DNA from: Eubacteriales bacterium
Lineage (GTDB): Bacteria > Bacillota > Clostridia > Oscillospirales > CAG-272
Direction: 5' to 3'
DNA length: 64,000 bases
Assembly (NCBI GenBank): GCA_045533675.1
Contig: JAZSIF010000023.1
Location: forward strand, 17,504 to 81,503
Part shown: piece by piece, positions 29,479-38,048 of the stretch
Numbering within the stretch: position 1 is the stretch's first letter
Layout of the letters: the number at the start of each line of letters is the position of its first letter
Notes under the pieces: generated by a model
What the model was told of the DNA's origin: nothing
What the model saw: the letters and a program-made list of their open reading frames with translations, nothing else
The model's database searches: none
Position numbers and translations under genes: made by a program

Positions 29479-30366
29479 ATGAAAGAAAAGAAAAAAACGA
29501 TGTCCGCCCGTGAGCAAGAGATTCATGCCGCTCTCGCATGCCACACCTCGTCCGCAAGACGGTTATATATCCTTATGTTTTTGCTTACATACGGATTGTT
29601 TGCCCTCAATACACTGGCGCTGTCTCCCTTTTTGATTTCACTGGACAGCGATATTATGACCTCCTCCACCGTCCTTCCCTCTCTCGTATCGGCGGTGATG
29701 CACGTGATTCATCTTTGTGTCATTCCCGCCGCAGCATGGAGTTTGATCGGCTTTGCCTATTTTCAAAGAGAATCCTCATCGGTACTCCGTCGCTTGACGA
29801 TCCTGTATTTTGGTTCTCTCTTCTTCTGCCGCTTCTGCGACATGGCGGCAGCGCTCATGATGAACGGAGCGCTCTATTTGAATGAGGATATTATCTATCC
29901 CGTTTGGTATCTGATTCTGGATCTGATCTATAACCTTGTTCTTTTCCTCCTCATGCGGAGATTGGTCATGAAGCATCGCCGTCGTGAAGTAGCGACCATT
30001 CAAGCTGCTTTGACGTCTTCTCCCAAAAAAACGGTGCAAATTCGTTCCGAGTCCCTCTATCCCTTTGGGAAGCTTTACAAAAAGGGACATCCCATCATGT
30101 CCCTTATTGGTCGGTTCGGACTGATCTTCGTGGCGGTCGCCTTGATTCAGGAGATCCTTTATACTGTAGCCTATCTTTACGATTCCACAAGACCGCTCAC
30201 AGGAGAAGAGATCTTTGTGATGATCGGTCGGTATGTGGATACCCTTTGGGTGGGCTTCTTCTTCTACTTATTCTCTCTTCTTCTTTATCGTATCCTGTTC
30301 AAAAAGGCAACTATGGCCGAAGAGGAAATGGAAAAAGAAGCCGAGCAGGAAACCACAACTCTTTAA
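29479..30366 (+). CDS. Hypothetical polytopic membrane protein
   Basis: 295-aa ORF with SD AAGGAG. About 6 hydrophobic spans and an acidic C-terminal tail. No motif recognised. Confidence 0.65.
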   Translation: MKEKKKTMSAREQEIHAALACHTSSARRLYILMFLLTYGLFALNTLALSPFLISLDSDIMTSSTVLPSLVSAVMHVIHLCVIPAAAWSLIGFAYFQRESSSVLRRLTILYFGSLFFCRFCDMAAALMMNGALYLNEDIIYPVWYLILDLIYNLVLFLLMRRLVMKHRRREVATIQAALTSSPKKTVQIRSESLYPFGKLYKKGHPIMSLIGRFGLIFVAVALIQEILYTVAYLYDSTRPLTGEEIFVMIGRYVDTLWVGFFFYLFSLLLYRILFKKATMAEEEMEKEAEQETTTL

Positions 30367-30448
30367 TCCCCCACAGAAAAGAACAACCGCTTTCACTATC
30401 ATAAACATAGCAAAAGCGGTTCCTTTTTATTCAAATGATTCAATTTTC

Positions 30449-31336
30449 TTACGATAGCATCTGTTGGAGAATCACGAGTTTATTGTTGGCATATTCGTAT
30501 GCCCCCTTGAAATCCTCCCTCTCACGGCAACAGATCTCTAAGTCACAAAAAACGAAATACAGCACGGGCTTCGGCACCGAGATCTCCTCGGTCAGAATTC
30601 GATGAAGCAATTCATACGCCCTACAGAAATCTCCTTCTTTCATCCGTTTTTCCGCTTCCAGATGCAGCGTGAAAGAGGATTCCTCTCGATTGAGTGCTTC
30701 CAAGGCACCGATCAACCCAAGATTGGCGGTCTCCGATTCCCTCTCGTCTAAGATCGTGGCATAACGGCAAAATTCGTCATTTAAGGCAGAGAAGACATTT
30801 ACCTCTTCTTCGTCAATCACGTTGGAGCCAAGTGTTGCGGACAAACGGCGCATATACCGAAAATAGACACCTGCCGTTGCCGTCACGTAATCCATGCGGT
30901 AAAAGCTTTGTTCGCTTGCCTGCACCGCCTCGTCGAAGAGAGAAGAACTTTCCCTGAGCTGCCCCCCTGAAAAGGCTTCCACCGCCAAAAACAATTTGCA
31001 TTCGGCAAGAAGCATCAGAATTTCGTCATCCTCCCCGCATTTCGCGTGAAGGCACATGTCCTCGGCAATCCGATAATCCCCTTCCCGCATCGCCTGTTTA
31101 ATGGCATCGATCTCGTTCTGCTTGAAATAAATCGCCTCATCCGCTTCCTCGGCAAGCAAAAAACCGGGAGAAACGCGCAAACGCTCTGCCAGATAGCAAA
31201 TGGTTTCCAGAGAAGGATTTGCCGCACCATTTTCAATTCGGCTAAGCATATTTCTTGTTATTTCATTTCCGGCAAGCTCGGATTGAGTCATCATCTTTGC
31301 CGTTCTCAGTTTCTTGATTTTTCCACCAATATCCAT
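30449..31336 (-). CDS. XRE-family HTH regulator with long helical (TPR-like) C-terminal domain
   Basis: MDIGGKIKKLRTAKMMTQSELAGNEITRNMLSRIENGAANPSLETICYLAERLRV, followed by a helical domain of about 230 aa. ATG 31336 lies 7 nt after AGGAG. Confidence 0.8.
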   Translation of the reverse strand: MDIGGKIKKLRTAKMMTQSELAGNEITRNMLSRIENGAANPSLETICYLAERLRVSPGFLLAEEADEAIYFKQNEIDAIKQAMREGDYRIAEDMCLHAKCGEDDEILMLLAECKLFLAVEAFSGGQLRESSSLFDEAVQASEQSFYRMDYVTATAGVYFRYMRRLSATLGSNVIDEEEVNVFSALNDEFCRYATILDERESETANLGLIGALEALNREESSFTLHLEAEKRMKEGDFCRAYELLHRILTEEISVPKPVLYFVFCDLEICCREREDFKGAYEYANNKLVILQQMLS

Positions 31337-31388
31337 ATTTCGTCTCCTACGGTTCATGAACCTATTTTACCACACCTCAAGAAAAAAA

Positions 31389-33170
31389 TCAAGACTTTTC
31401 TCCGGCAGCCGTGTTTTTGAGATCATATTTTTCGGTATAGAATTGCCTTCTTTCCTCGAACACGGCTCCACTATGTCGATATTCATTCAGATATCGGTGC
31501 AGATCCAAGTTACCTGTACGGGCAGAATCCAAAAGATAGGCAGCAAGATTGGAGCAATGATCGGCGACCCGTTCCATATCGGTCAGAATGTCGTTCAAGA
31601 CAAATCCCTGTTCAATGGAACACACTCCCTTTTGAAGGCGTAGAACGTGTCTTGCCTTGATCTCGCTTCGAAGACCGTTGATAACCTGTTCCAAGGGCTC
31701 GACCCGCTCCGCGCTTGCAAGGTCGTCCTTCTCCAAGGCAGATAGCGCCAGATCGGCAATCTCTCCAACGGCATCCGACAACACATTCAGCTCCTCCAAG
31801 GCATCCTTAGAAAATACAATCTTCTTTTCGTGGAGCTCCTCTGCCGCTTCCGAGAGATTGACAGCGTGGTCTGAAATACGCTCCAAGTCACTTAGCGTAT
31901 GCAGCAGCCGATTCACCATGCGGCTCTCTCCCTCCATAAGTCCCTGCTCCGAGACGAGAACCAAATAGCTTCCCAGCCTATCCTCGTATTCATCCACGGT
32001 GGCTTCCTTTTCGCTCACCTCTTGTACTGTTTTGGAGGAATATTCCGAAAGAAGTGACCTAGCTCCATGCAGAGCATCCATGGAGACTTTCGCCATCCGC
32101 ACGGTCAATTCCCTACTTTGTTCAATGGCTACCGAGGGGGTTGCCAGCAATCTCTCGTCCAACAGGTTCCCCTCCTTTTCCTGCTTTCGATCTCTCACAA
32201 GTTTGATCGCAAGCCGCTCCAATCCCTTGGAGAGAGGCAACATCACCGCCGCGGAAATCAAATTAAAGAGCGTGTGCACGATGGCAATTCCCCACATATC
32301 GATCGTTCCGTTCAGAAAACTCCACGAAAATGCCGATTTGCAGAGATAAAACAAGCCCATACAAAGAGTCGATCCAAACACATTAAAGAGCAAATGCACC
32401 ACAGCAGTTCTCTTCGCGTTTTTATTGGTTCCCGCCGAGGAAAGAAGAGCGGTCACGCAGGTACCGATATTCTGTCCCATGATAATGGGAACGGCATTGC
32501 CAAAGGTGATTGCCCCCGTAGAGGTAAAGGATTGCAAAATACCGATAGATGCGGAAGAACTCTGCACGATCGCCGTGAGCACCAAGCCCGCCAAAAGCCC
32601 CAAAAGAGGATGCTCGAACATCAAAAGAATAGAACGGAACGCCTCATTTTCGCTCAGCCCCGCCACAGCGTCGGACATGGTATCCATTCCGATCATCAAA
32701 ACCGAAAATCCCAGGAGAATAATGCCCAGATTTTTCTTTCGGTCATTTTTTCCTACCATATATAACAGCACGCCAATCAGGGCTATGATGGGTGTAAAAC
32801 TGGATGGCTTGAGCCACTGCATAAAGGAGCCAACCGCTCCCCCGCCCTCCAAGCCGGAGAGTGCGGTGATCCAGGAGGTAACCACGGTACCTACGTTGGC
32901 ACCGATAATCACGCTGACCGCCTGGGACAGAAGCATGGTCCCCGAGTTGACAAACCCCACGACCATAACGGTGGTTGCCGATGAGCTTTGAATGATCGCC
33001 GTCACCAGCAATCCCAAAAGGAAGCCGACAAAAGGATTGGCAGTCAGTCTTCCCAAAATATTTTTCAGTCCGCGTCCCGCGCTTTTCTTTAGCGTATCCC
33101 CCATCAGATTCATGCCAAATAAAAACAGAGAGAGACCAAACACCAGCGTTAACACATCAAAAATCGTCAT
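31389..33170 (-). CDS. Na/Pi cotransporter family protein with C-terminal PhoU-like repeats
   Basis: 593-aa ORF. Duplicated QSSSATT/QSSSASI motifs in the membrane part and PhoU-like helical repeats at the C-terminus. Confidence 0.85.
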   Translation of the reverse strand: MTIFDVLTLVFGLSLFLFGMNLMGDTLKKSAGRGLKNILGRLTANPFVGFLLGLLVTAIIQSSSATTVMVVGFVNSGTMLLSQAVSVIIGANVGTVVTSWITALSGLEGGGAVGSFMQWLKPSSFTPIIALIGVLLYMVGKNDRKKNLGIILLGFSVLMIGMDTMSDAVAGLSENEAFRSILLMFEHPLLGLLAGLVLTAIVQSSSASIGILQSFTSTGAITFGNAVPIIMGQNIGTCVTALLSSAGTNKNAKRTAVVHLLFNVFGSTLCMGLFYLCKSAFSWSFLNGTIDMWGIAIVHTLFNLISAAVMLPLSKGLERLAIKLVRDRKQEKEGNLLDERLLATPSVAIEQSRELTVRMAKVSMDALHGARSLLSEYSSKTVQEVSEKEATVDEYEDRLGSYLVLVSEQGLMEGESRMVNRLLHTLSDLERISDHAVNLSEAAEELHEKKIVFSKDALEELNVLSDAVGEIADLALSALEKDDLASAERVEPLEQVINGLRSEIKARHVLRLQKGVCSIEQGFVLNDILTDMERVADHCSNLAAYLLDSARTGNLDLHRYLNEYRHSGAVFEERRQFYTEKYDLKNTAAGEKS

Positions 33171-33313
33171 ATATTCCTCCGTTTATACATTTTTCTGTCT
33201 ATCTCTATTATACCATAAAAAATTTCTCATGTAAATACACACATTTTACATAATTATTCGATATTTTTTATCCAATTTATTCTATTTTTATATTTTATAA
33301 CAGAGGATTTGCT

Positions 33314-34003
33314 ATGTTGATCAAAGGACTTCAAAAAACCACGCTCTTGGATTTTCCCGGTAAGGTTGCCTGCACCGTATTTACAGGCGGCTGTAACTTC
33401 CGTTGCCCCTTCTGCCACAACGCCTCTTTGGTAACTGATCCCAATTCGGTAGATACCATCACCGAGGAAAGCTTCTTTTCCTTTTTATCTAAAAGGAAGG
33501 GGATTTTAGACGGTGTTTGTATTACGGGAGGGGAGCCCATGCTTATGCCCGATCTGGAAGCGTTCTGCCAAAGAATCAAGGATATGGGCTTCTCTGTAAA
33601 GCTGGACACCAACGGCTCTTACCCAGAACGGCTTCATAGGCTGATCGATCAAGGACTTGTAGACTACATTGCCATGGATATTAAAAATTCTCTCGATGCT
33701 TACGCGGATACCTGTGGACTTTCCCAGTTTCCCAAGGGAGTGGAGGAGAGCATCGATCTGCTGATGAACGGCTCGCTTCCCTTTGAATTCCGAACCACCA
33801 TTGTACGAGAGCTTCACACAGCGGAGCGGATCGAAGCGTTAGCCAAACGAATTCGGGGATGTGATCGCTATTTTCTCCAGCTCTTCACCGATTCAGGGGA
33901 TTTGCTTGCCGATGGATTATCGGCTCCCTCGGAATCGCTTGCTCGAGAATGGCTGAGAATCGCGCAAAAATACGTACCGAACGCACAATTACGCGGAATC
34001 TGA
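33314..34003 (+). CDS. nrdG: Anaerobic ribonucleoside-triphosphate reductase activating protein (radical SAM)
   Basis: GGCNFRCPFCHN cluster motif and ITGGEP, with NrdG-like length. It is adjacent to nrdD. Confidence 0.88.
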   Translation: MLIKGLQKTTLLDFPGKVACTVFTGGCNFRCPFCHNASLVTDPNSVDTITEESFFSFLSKRKGILDGVCITGGEPMLMPDLEAFCQRIKDMGFSVKLDTNGSYPERLHRLIDQGLVDYIAMDIKNSLDAYADTCGLSQFPKGVEESIDLLMNGSLPFEFRTTIVRELHTAERIEALAKRIRGCDRYFLQLFTDSGDLLADGLSAPSESLAREWLRIAQKYVPNAQLRGI

Positions 34004-34014
34004 TTGATCTCACT

Positions 34015-34159
34015 TCACTATATATAGATGCATTTTCCAAATTTCACCCCAAGATATAGGGTGCTTTTCATTCGAAATGCCCCTATATCTTGGGGTGCTT
34101 TTTCATTTTACACACAATATATAGTAATATATCCCAATATTCACCCCAATATATTGTAG
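34015..34159. promoter_or_regulatory. Five NrdR-box-like 16-bp palindromes, phased at ~32 bp
   Basis: A 34015 tcaCtAtATaTaGatg. B 34047 cccCaAgATaTaGggt. C 34080 cccCtAtATcTtGggg. D 34112 acaCaAtATaTaGtaa. E 34144 cccCaAtATaTtGtag. Compared with the remembered consensus acaCwAtATaTwGtgt. Confidence 0.6.
34045..34109 (+). terminator. nrdG terminator hairpin whose arms are NrdR boxes B and C
   Basis: 17-bp stem 34045-34061 / 34081-34097 (caccccaagatataggg / ccctatatcttggggtg), 19-nt loop, then ctttttcatttt. Confidence 0.6.
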
Positions 34160-34169
34160 AAACTCACAA

Positions 34170-34198
34170 TTGACAAAGCTCGAATTTTGTTTTATACT
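34170..34198 (+). promoter_or_regulatory. Promoter for nrdD
   Basis: TTGACA (34170-34175), 17 nt, TATACT (34193-34198). SD AAAGGAG precedes ATG 34240. Confidence 0.6.
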
Positions 34199-34239
34199 AT
34201 ATATGCTGAAAAAATTATGAGATAAAAAAGGAGAATGTT

Positions 34240-36657
34240 ATGTATCAGGTTTTAAAGCGTGACGGCAAGGTCGTTGAATTCGACCTGCAAAAGATCAGCT
34301 ATGCCATCAGTTTGGCATTCGAAGCACAAGAAAAGCAGTCTCACCCCTCTGTCATCGATCTTCTCGCACTGAAGGTCACGGCGGATTTTGAATCCAAGAT
34401 CAAGGAAGGGCTCATTGCGGTCGAGGATATTCAGGACAGCGTTGAGTCGGTTCTGGTTCAGGCAGGCTACGCGGACGTAGCAAAGGCATATATCCTCTAC
34501 CGTAAGCAGAGAGAGAAGCTCCGCAACATGAAGTCCACTATTTTGGACTACAAGGATATTGTGGACAGCTACGTAAAGAACATTGACTGGCGCGTAAAGG
34601 AAAACTCTACCGTTACCTACTCCGTAGGCGGTCTGATTCTTTCCAACTCGGGTGCCATCACGGCAAACTACTGGCTCTCCGAGATCTATGACGACGAGAT
34701 TGCCAACGCCCACAGAAATGCCGATATTCACATTCACGACCTCTCCATGCTCACCGGATACTGCGCAGGCTGGTCCTTAAAGCAGTTGATTCAGGAGGGC
34801 CTTGGCGGAGTCACCGGTAAGATCACCTCCGCTCCCGCAAGCCACCTGGCAACCCTTTGTAACCAGATGGTCAACTTCCTTGGCATCATGCAGAACGAGT
34901 GGGCAGGTGCGCAGGCGTTCTCCTCCTTCGATACCTACCTCGCCCCCTTCGTTAAGGTAGACAACCTGTCTTACGATCAGGTCAAGAAGTGCATCGAGTC
35001 CTTTATCTTCGGTGTCAATACTCCCTCCCGTTGGGGTACACAGGCTCCCTTCTCCAACATCACCCTCGACTGGACGGTTCCCGCAGACCTTGCGGAGCTG
35101 AACTGTATCGTTGGCGGCAAGGAAATGGATTTCAAGTACAAGGATTGTAAGAAGGAAATGGATATGGTCAATAAGGCGTTCATCGAGACCATGATCGAGG
35201 GCGACGCCAACGGACGCGGATTCCAGTATCCGATTCCCACCTACTCCATCACCTCTGACTTTGACTGGTCCGATACCGAAAACAACCGTCTCCTCTTCGA
35301 GATGACCGCAAAGTACGGTACTCCCTACTTCTCCAACTACATCAACAGTGACATGGAGCCCAATGACGTTCGAAGCATGTGCTGCCGTCTGCGTTTGGAT
35401 CTTCGTGAGCTCCGCAAGAAGTCGGGTGGTTTCTTCGGAAGCGGAGAAAGCACCGGTTCCGTGGGTGTTGTTACCATCAATATCCCCCGTATCGCTTACC
35501 TCTCCGAAAATGAGGAGGACTTCTACAAGCGTTTGGACCGTCAGATGGACATTTCCGCACGTTCCCTCAAGATCAAGAGAACGGTCATCACCAAGCTGCT
35601 TGATGAAGGTCTGTACCCCTACACCAAGCGTTACCTCGGTACCTTTAACAACCACTTCTCTACCATTGGTCTGGTCGGCATGAACGAGGCTTGCCTCAAC
35701 GCAAACTGGATTCGTAAGGATCTGACCACCGAGGAGGCTCAGCAATTCACCAAGGACGTACTGAACCACATGAGAGAGAGACTCTCCGACTATCAGGAGA
35801 AGTACGGCGACCTCTACAATCTGGAGGCTACTCCCGCCGAGTCCACCTCTTACCGTCTGGCTAAGCACGACCTGAAGAGATTCCCCGACATCATCACTGC
35901 CTCCGAAAAGGGCAATACCCCCTACTATACCAATTCTTCCCACCTGCCTGTAAGTTATACCTCTGATATTTTTGAGGCGCTGGATATTCAGGACGAGCTC
36001 CAGACTCTCTACACCTCGGGAACCGTATTCCATGCGTTCCTCGGTGAGAAGCTTCCCTCTTGGGAGTCTGCCGCAACCCTGGTACGGAAGATTGCGGAAA
36101 ACTATAAGCTTCCCTACTACACCATGTCTCCCACCTACTCGATCTGCCGCGCCCACGGCTACCTCAGCGGAGAGAAGTTCATCTGTCCTCACTGCGGTGA
36201 AAAGACCGAGGTTTACAGCCGTATTACCGGCTACTACCGTCCCGTTCAGAACTGGAACGACGGTAAGGCGGAGGAATACAAGAACCGTAAGCTTTACGAC
36301 ATTTCCGCTTCCATGCAGAACAGAAACTTTGCCGCAGCTCCCGTAGCAACCACGGCAACCGTTTCCGCCCCCGTATGTGAGCCCGTAATCGAGGAGAGCG
36401 AGCCCTCAGAAACAGTCGCAAACGATAACGTTCTTCTGTTCGCAACCAAGACCTGCCCCAACTGCCGTATGGCCGAGAAGTTCCTTAGTGACGCAGGCGT
36501 AGCCTTTACCAAGGTCTATGCGGACGACGCTCCCGAGCTTGCCGCAAGATACGGTATCAAGCAGGCTCCCACGCTGGTTCTTCTGACGGGTGACAGCGTA
36601 TTGAAGATTGAAAACGTCTCCAATATCCGCCGTTACGCAGACACTGCTAAGGCATAA
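34240..36657 (+). CDS. nrdD: Anaerobic (class III) ribonucleoside-triphosphate reductase with fused C-terminal thioredoxin-like domain
   Basis: N-terminal ATP-cone, SMCCRLRLD loop, CPHCG zinc ribbon and glycyl radical motif SRITGYYRPV (Gly664). This is followed by a linker and VLLFATKTCPNC...YGIKQAPTLVLL (36430-36654). Confidence 0.92.
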   Translation: MYQVLKRDGKVVEFDLQKISYAISLAFEAQEKQSHPSVIDLLALKVTADFESKIKEGLIAVEDIQDSVESVLVQAGYADVAKAYILYRKQREKLRNMKSTILDYKDIVDSYVKNIDWRVKENSTVTYSVGGLILSNSGAITANYWLSEIYDDEIANAHRNADIHIHDLSMLTGYCAGWSLKQLIQEGLGGVTGKITSAPASHLATLCNQMVNFLGIMQNEWAGAQAFSSFDTYLAPFVKVDNLSYDQVKKCIESFIFGVNTPSRWGTQAPFSNITLDWTVPADLAELNCIVGGKEMDFKYKDCKKEMDMVNKAFIETMIEGDANGRGFQYPIPTYSITSDFDWSDTENNRLLFEMTAKYGTPYFSNYINSDMEPNDVRSMCCRLRLDLRELRKKSGGFFGSGESTGSVGVVTINIPRIAYLSENEEDFYKRLDRQMDISARSLKIKRTVITKLLDEGLYPYTKRYLGTFNNHFSTIGLVGMNEACLNANWIRKDLTTEEAQQFTKDVLNHMRERLSDYQEKYGDLYNLEATPAESTSYRLAKHDLKRFPDIITASEKGNTPYYTNSSHLPVSYTSDIFEALDIQDELQTLYTSGTVFHAFLGEKLPSWESAATLVRKIAENYKLPYYTMSPTYSICRAHGYLSGEKFICPHCGEKTEVYSRITGYYRPVQNWNDGKAEEYKNRKLYDISASMQNRNFAAAPVATTATVSAPVCEPVIEESEPSETVANDNVLLFATKTCPNCRMAEKFLSDAGVAFTKVYADDAPELAARYGIKQAPTLVLLTGDSVLKIENVSNIRRYADTAKA

Positions 36658-36674
36658 GCAAACGAACGGGTCAA

Positions 36675-36712
36675 AAAGGCATTGCCGTGATACCTTTTGC
36701 GGCAATGCCTTT
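36675..36712 (+). other. 13-bp hairpin in nrdD-trxB spacer (partial terminator or processing site)
   Basis: aaaggcattgccg-12 nt-cggcaatgccttt. There is no long T-run afterwards. Confidence 0.4.
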
Positions 36713-36737
36713 CCCTTCTGACAGAAAGGAACGGATT

Positions 36738-37652
36738 ATGTACGATATTATCATCATTGGCGCAGGTCCTGCGGGACTTACTGCCGCACTGTACGGTCTG
36801 AGAGCCGACAAAAAGGTTTTGATTATTGAAAAAGAAAATTTCGGCGGACAGATCACTTTTTCCCCGAAGGTAGAAAACTATCCCACCCAGATGCAAATCA
36901 GCGGAAGCGAGCTGGCTCAGCTGATGCTTGATCAGGTCGTCGAGCACGGCGCTGACATTGAGCTCGCTGAGGTCATCGGCATTCTCAATCAAGAGGACAG
37001 AAAGATCGTCGTTACCGAATTCGGTGAATTCGAAGGACACTCGGTCATCATTGCTGTTGGCTCCAAGCACCGTCAGCTTGGTCTCCCCCGTGAAAACGAG
37101 CTTGTGGGCAAGGGAGTTTCCTATTGCGCGGTCTGCGAATGTGCCTTCTTCAACGGCATGGACGTTGCCGTCGTGGGAGGTGGAAACACCGCTCTGCAGG
37201 AAGCCATCATGCTCAGCGAATATTGCACCCACGTGACCATCATTCAGAACCTCTCCGCCATGACGGGTGAGGGTCGTTTGGTCTCCGCATTGGAAAAGAA
37301 AGACAATGTGACCATGATCTGCGATACCGTAGTCACCGAGCTTCACGGTGATGAGGAGTTGAACGGCTTGACTCTCCGCAATACCAAGACCGAAGAGTCA
37401 TCTTTCCTTGCGGTCAGCGGCATGTTCGTTGCCATTGGTCAGGTTCCGAAGAACGAATGTTTCACCAATGTGACCGCCCTCAACGAATATGGTTACATTG
37501 AAGCAGACGAGCGCTGTCTGACCGATACCGCAGGCATCTTCGTGGCGGGCGACTGCAGAACCAAGCAAGTTCGTCAAATTACCACCGCGACGGGTGACGG
37601 TGCCGTTGCCGCTCTTGCCGCTTGTCGGTATGTAGACGGGCTCAGTCTTTGA
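36738..37652 (+). CDS. Thioredoxin reductase-like flavoprotein (low-Mr TrxB fold, atypical pyridine-nucleotide motif)
   Basis: MYDIIIIGAGPAGLTAA (FAD GxGxxG), redox CAVC (37125-37136), GGGNTALQEA and AGDC. At the position aligned with HRRxxxR the sequence is QNLSAMTGE. Confidence 0.85.
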   Translation: MYDIIIIGAGPAGLTAALYGLRADKKVLIIEKENFGGQITFSPKVENYPTQMQISGSELAQLMLDQVVEHGADIELAEVIGILNQEDRKIVVTEFGEFEGHSVIIAVGSKHRQLGLPRENELVGKGVSYCAVCECAFFNGMDVAVVGGGNTALQEAIMLSEYCTHVTIIQNLSAMTGEGRLVSALEKKDNVTMICDTVVTELHGDEELNGLTLRNTKTEESSFLAVSGMFVAIGQVPKNECFTNVTALNEYGYIEADERCLTDTAGIFVAGDCRTKQVRQITTATGDGAVAALAACRYVDGLSL

Positions 37653-37672
37653 TTTTCTATGGAGAGAAAGCA

Positions 37673-38002
37673 ATGAATCCTTATGCCGTTCTTCCTTCTC
37701 CCTCTCCCAACATGATAAATGCCACTCCCTTAGTAGTGTCTGCTATTCTAGAGCTGAAACGAATGGGGGGTGGCATTCTTTAATTTGAGAAGGAAGACTA
37801 CCACTTCTTTGAAGAGGGCACCGAAAAAAGATACTATGCCGTCAGTAACAACAGTGCGGGAGAAAAGAATATTATTTTTTCCCTTCAAGAAATGGATTCC
37901 CTTCTCGATTCGGCTACCAAGCAAGCGATTTGGGTCAAGATCATGCACCACGAGCAGCACGGCTTCTGTCCCTACCGCTCTCTGGCGACCGTTTGGCTCT
38001 GA
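37673..38002 (+). pseudogene. Disrupted ORF of unknown function (in-frame TAA after 36 codons, frame open for 72 more codons)
   Basis: GGAGAG lies 6 nt before ATG 37673. TAA at 37781-37783 is in frame. The same frame continues as FEKEDYHFFEEGTEKRYYAVSNNSAGEKNIIFSLQEMDSLLDSATKQAIWVKIMHHEQHGFCPYRSLATVWL, with no start codon before 37891. Confidence 0.35.
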
Positions 38003-38048
38003 TTGATCAAAACACGATAGATATCTTAGGCGCTTTTTTGGTGGATTC

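Noticed and set aside
30367-30448. Small hydrophobic ORF (about 46 codons, MFMIVKAVVLFCGG...) downstream of the XRE/TPR regulator, as a possible signalling peptide
   Set aside because: It starts inside the convergent terminator hairpin, has a poorly spaced SD, and runs antisense into the 3' end of the neighbouring membrane-protein gene.
34194-34209. Sixth NrdR-like site overlapping the nrdD -10 region (ataCtAtATaTgCtga)
   Set aside because: It lacks the conserved G of the right half-site, and its centre is 50 bp from box E, which is out of phase with the 32-bp array.
34777-36192. 471-aa minus-strand ORF, and other antisense ORFs inside nrdD and the trxB-like gene (for example 36633-37346)
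   Set aside because: These are antisense to genes with unambiguous catalytic motifs. Their composition is Gly/Val/Leu/Asp-rich and low in complexity.
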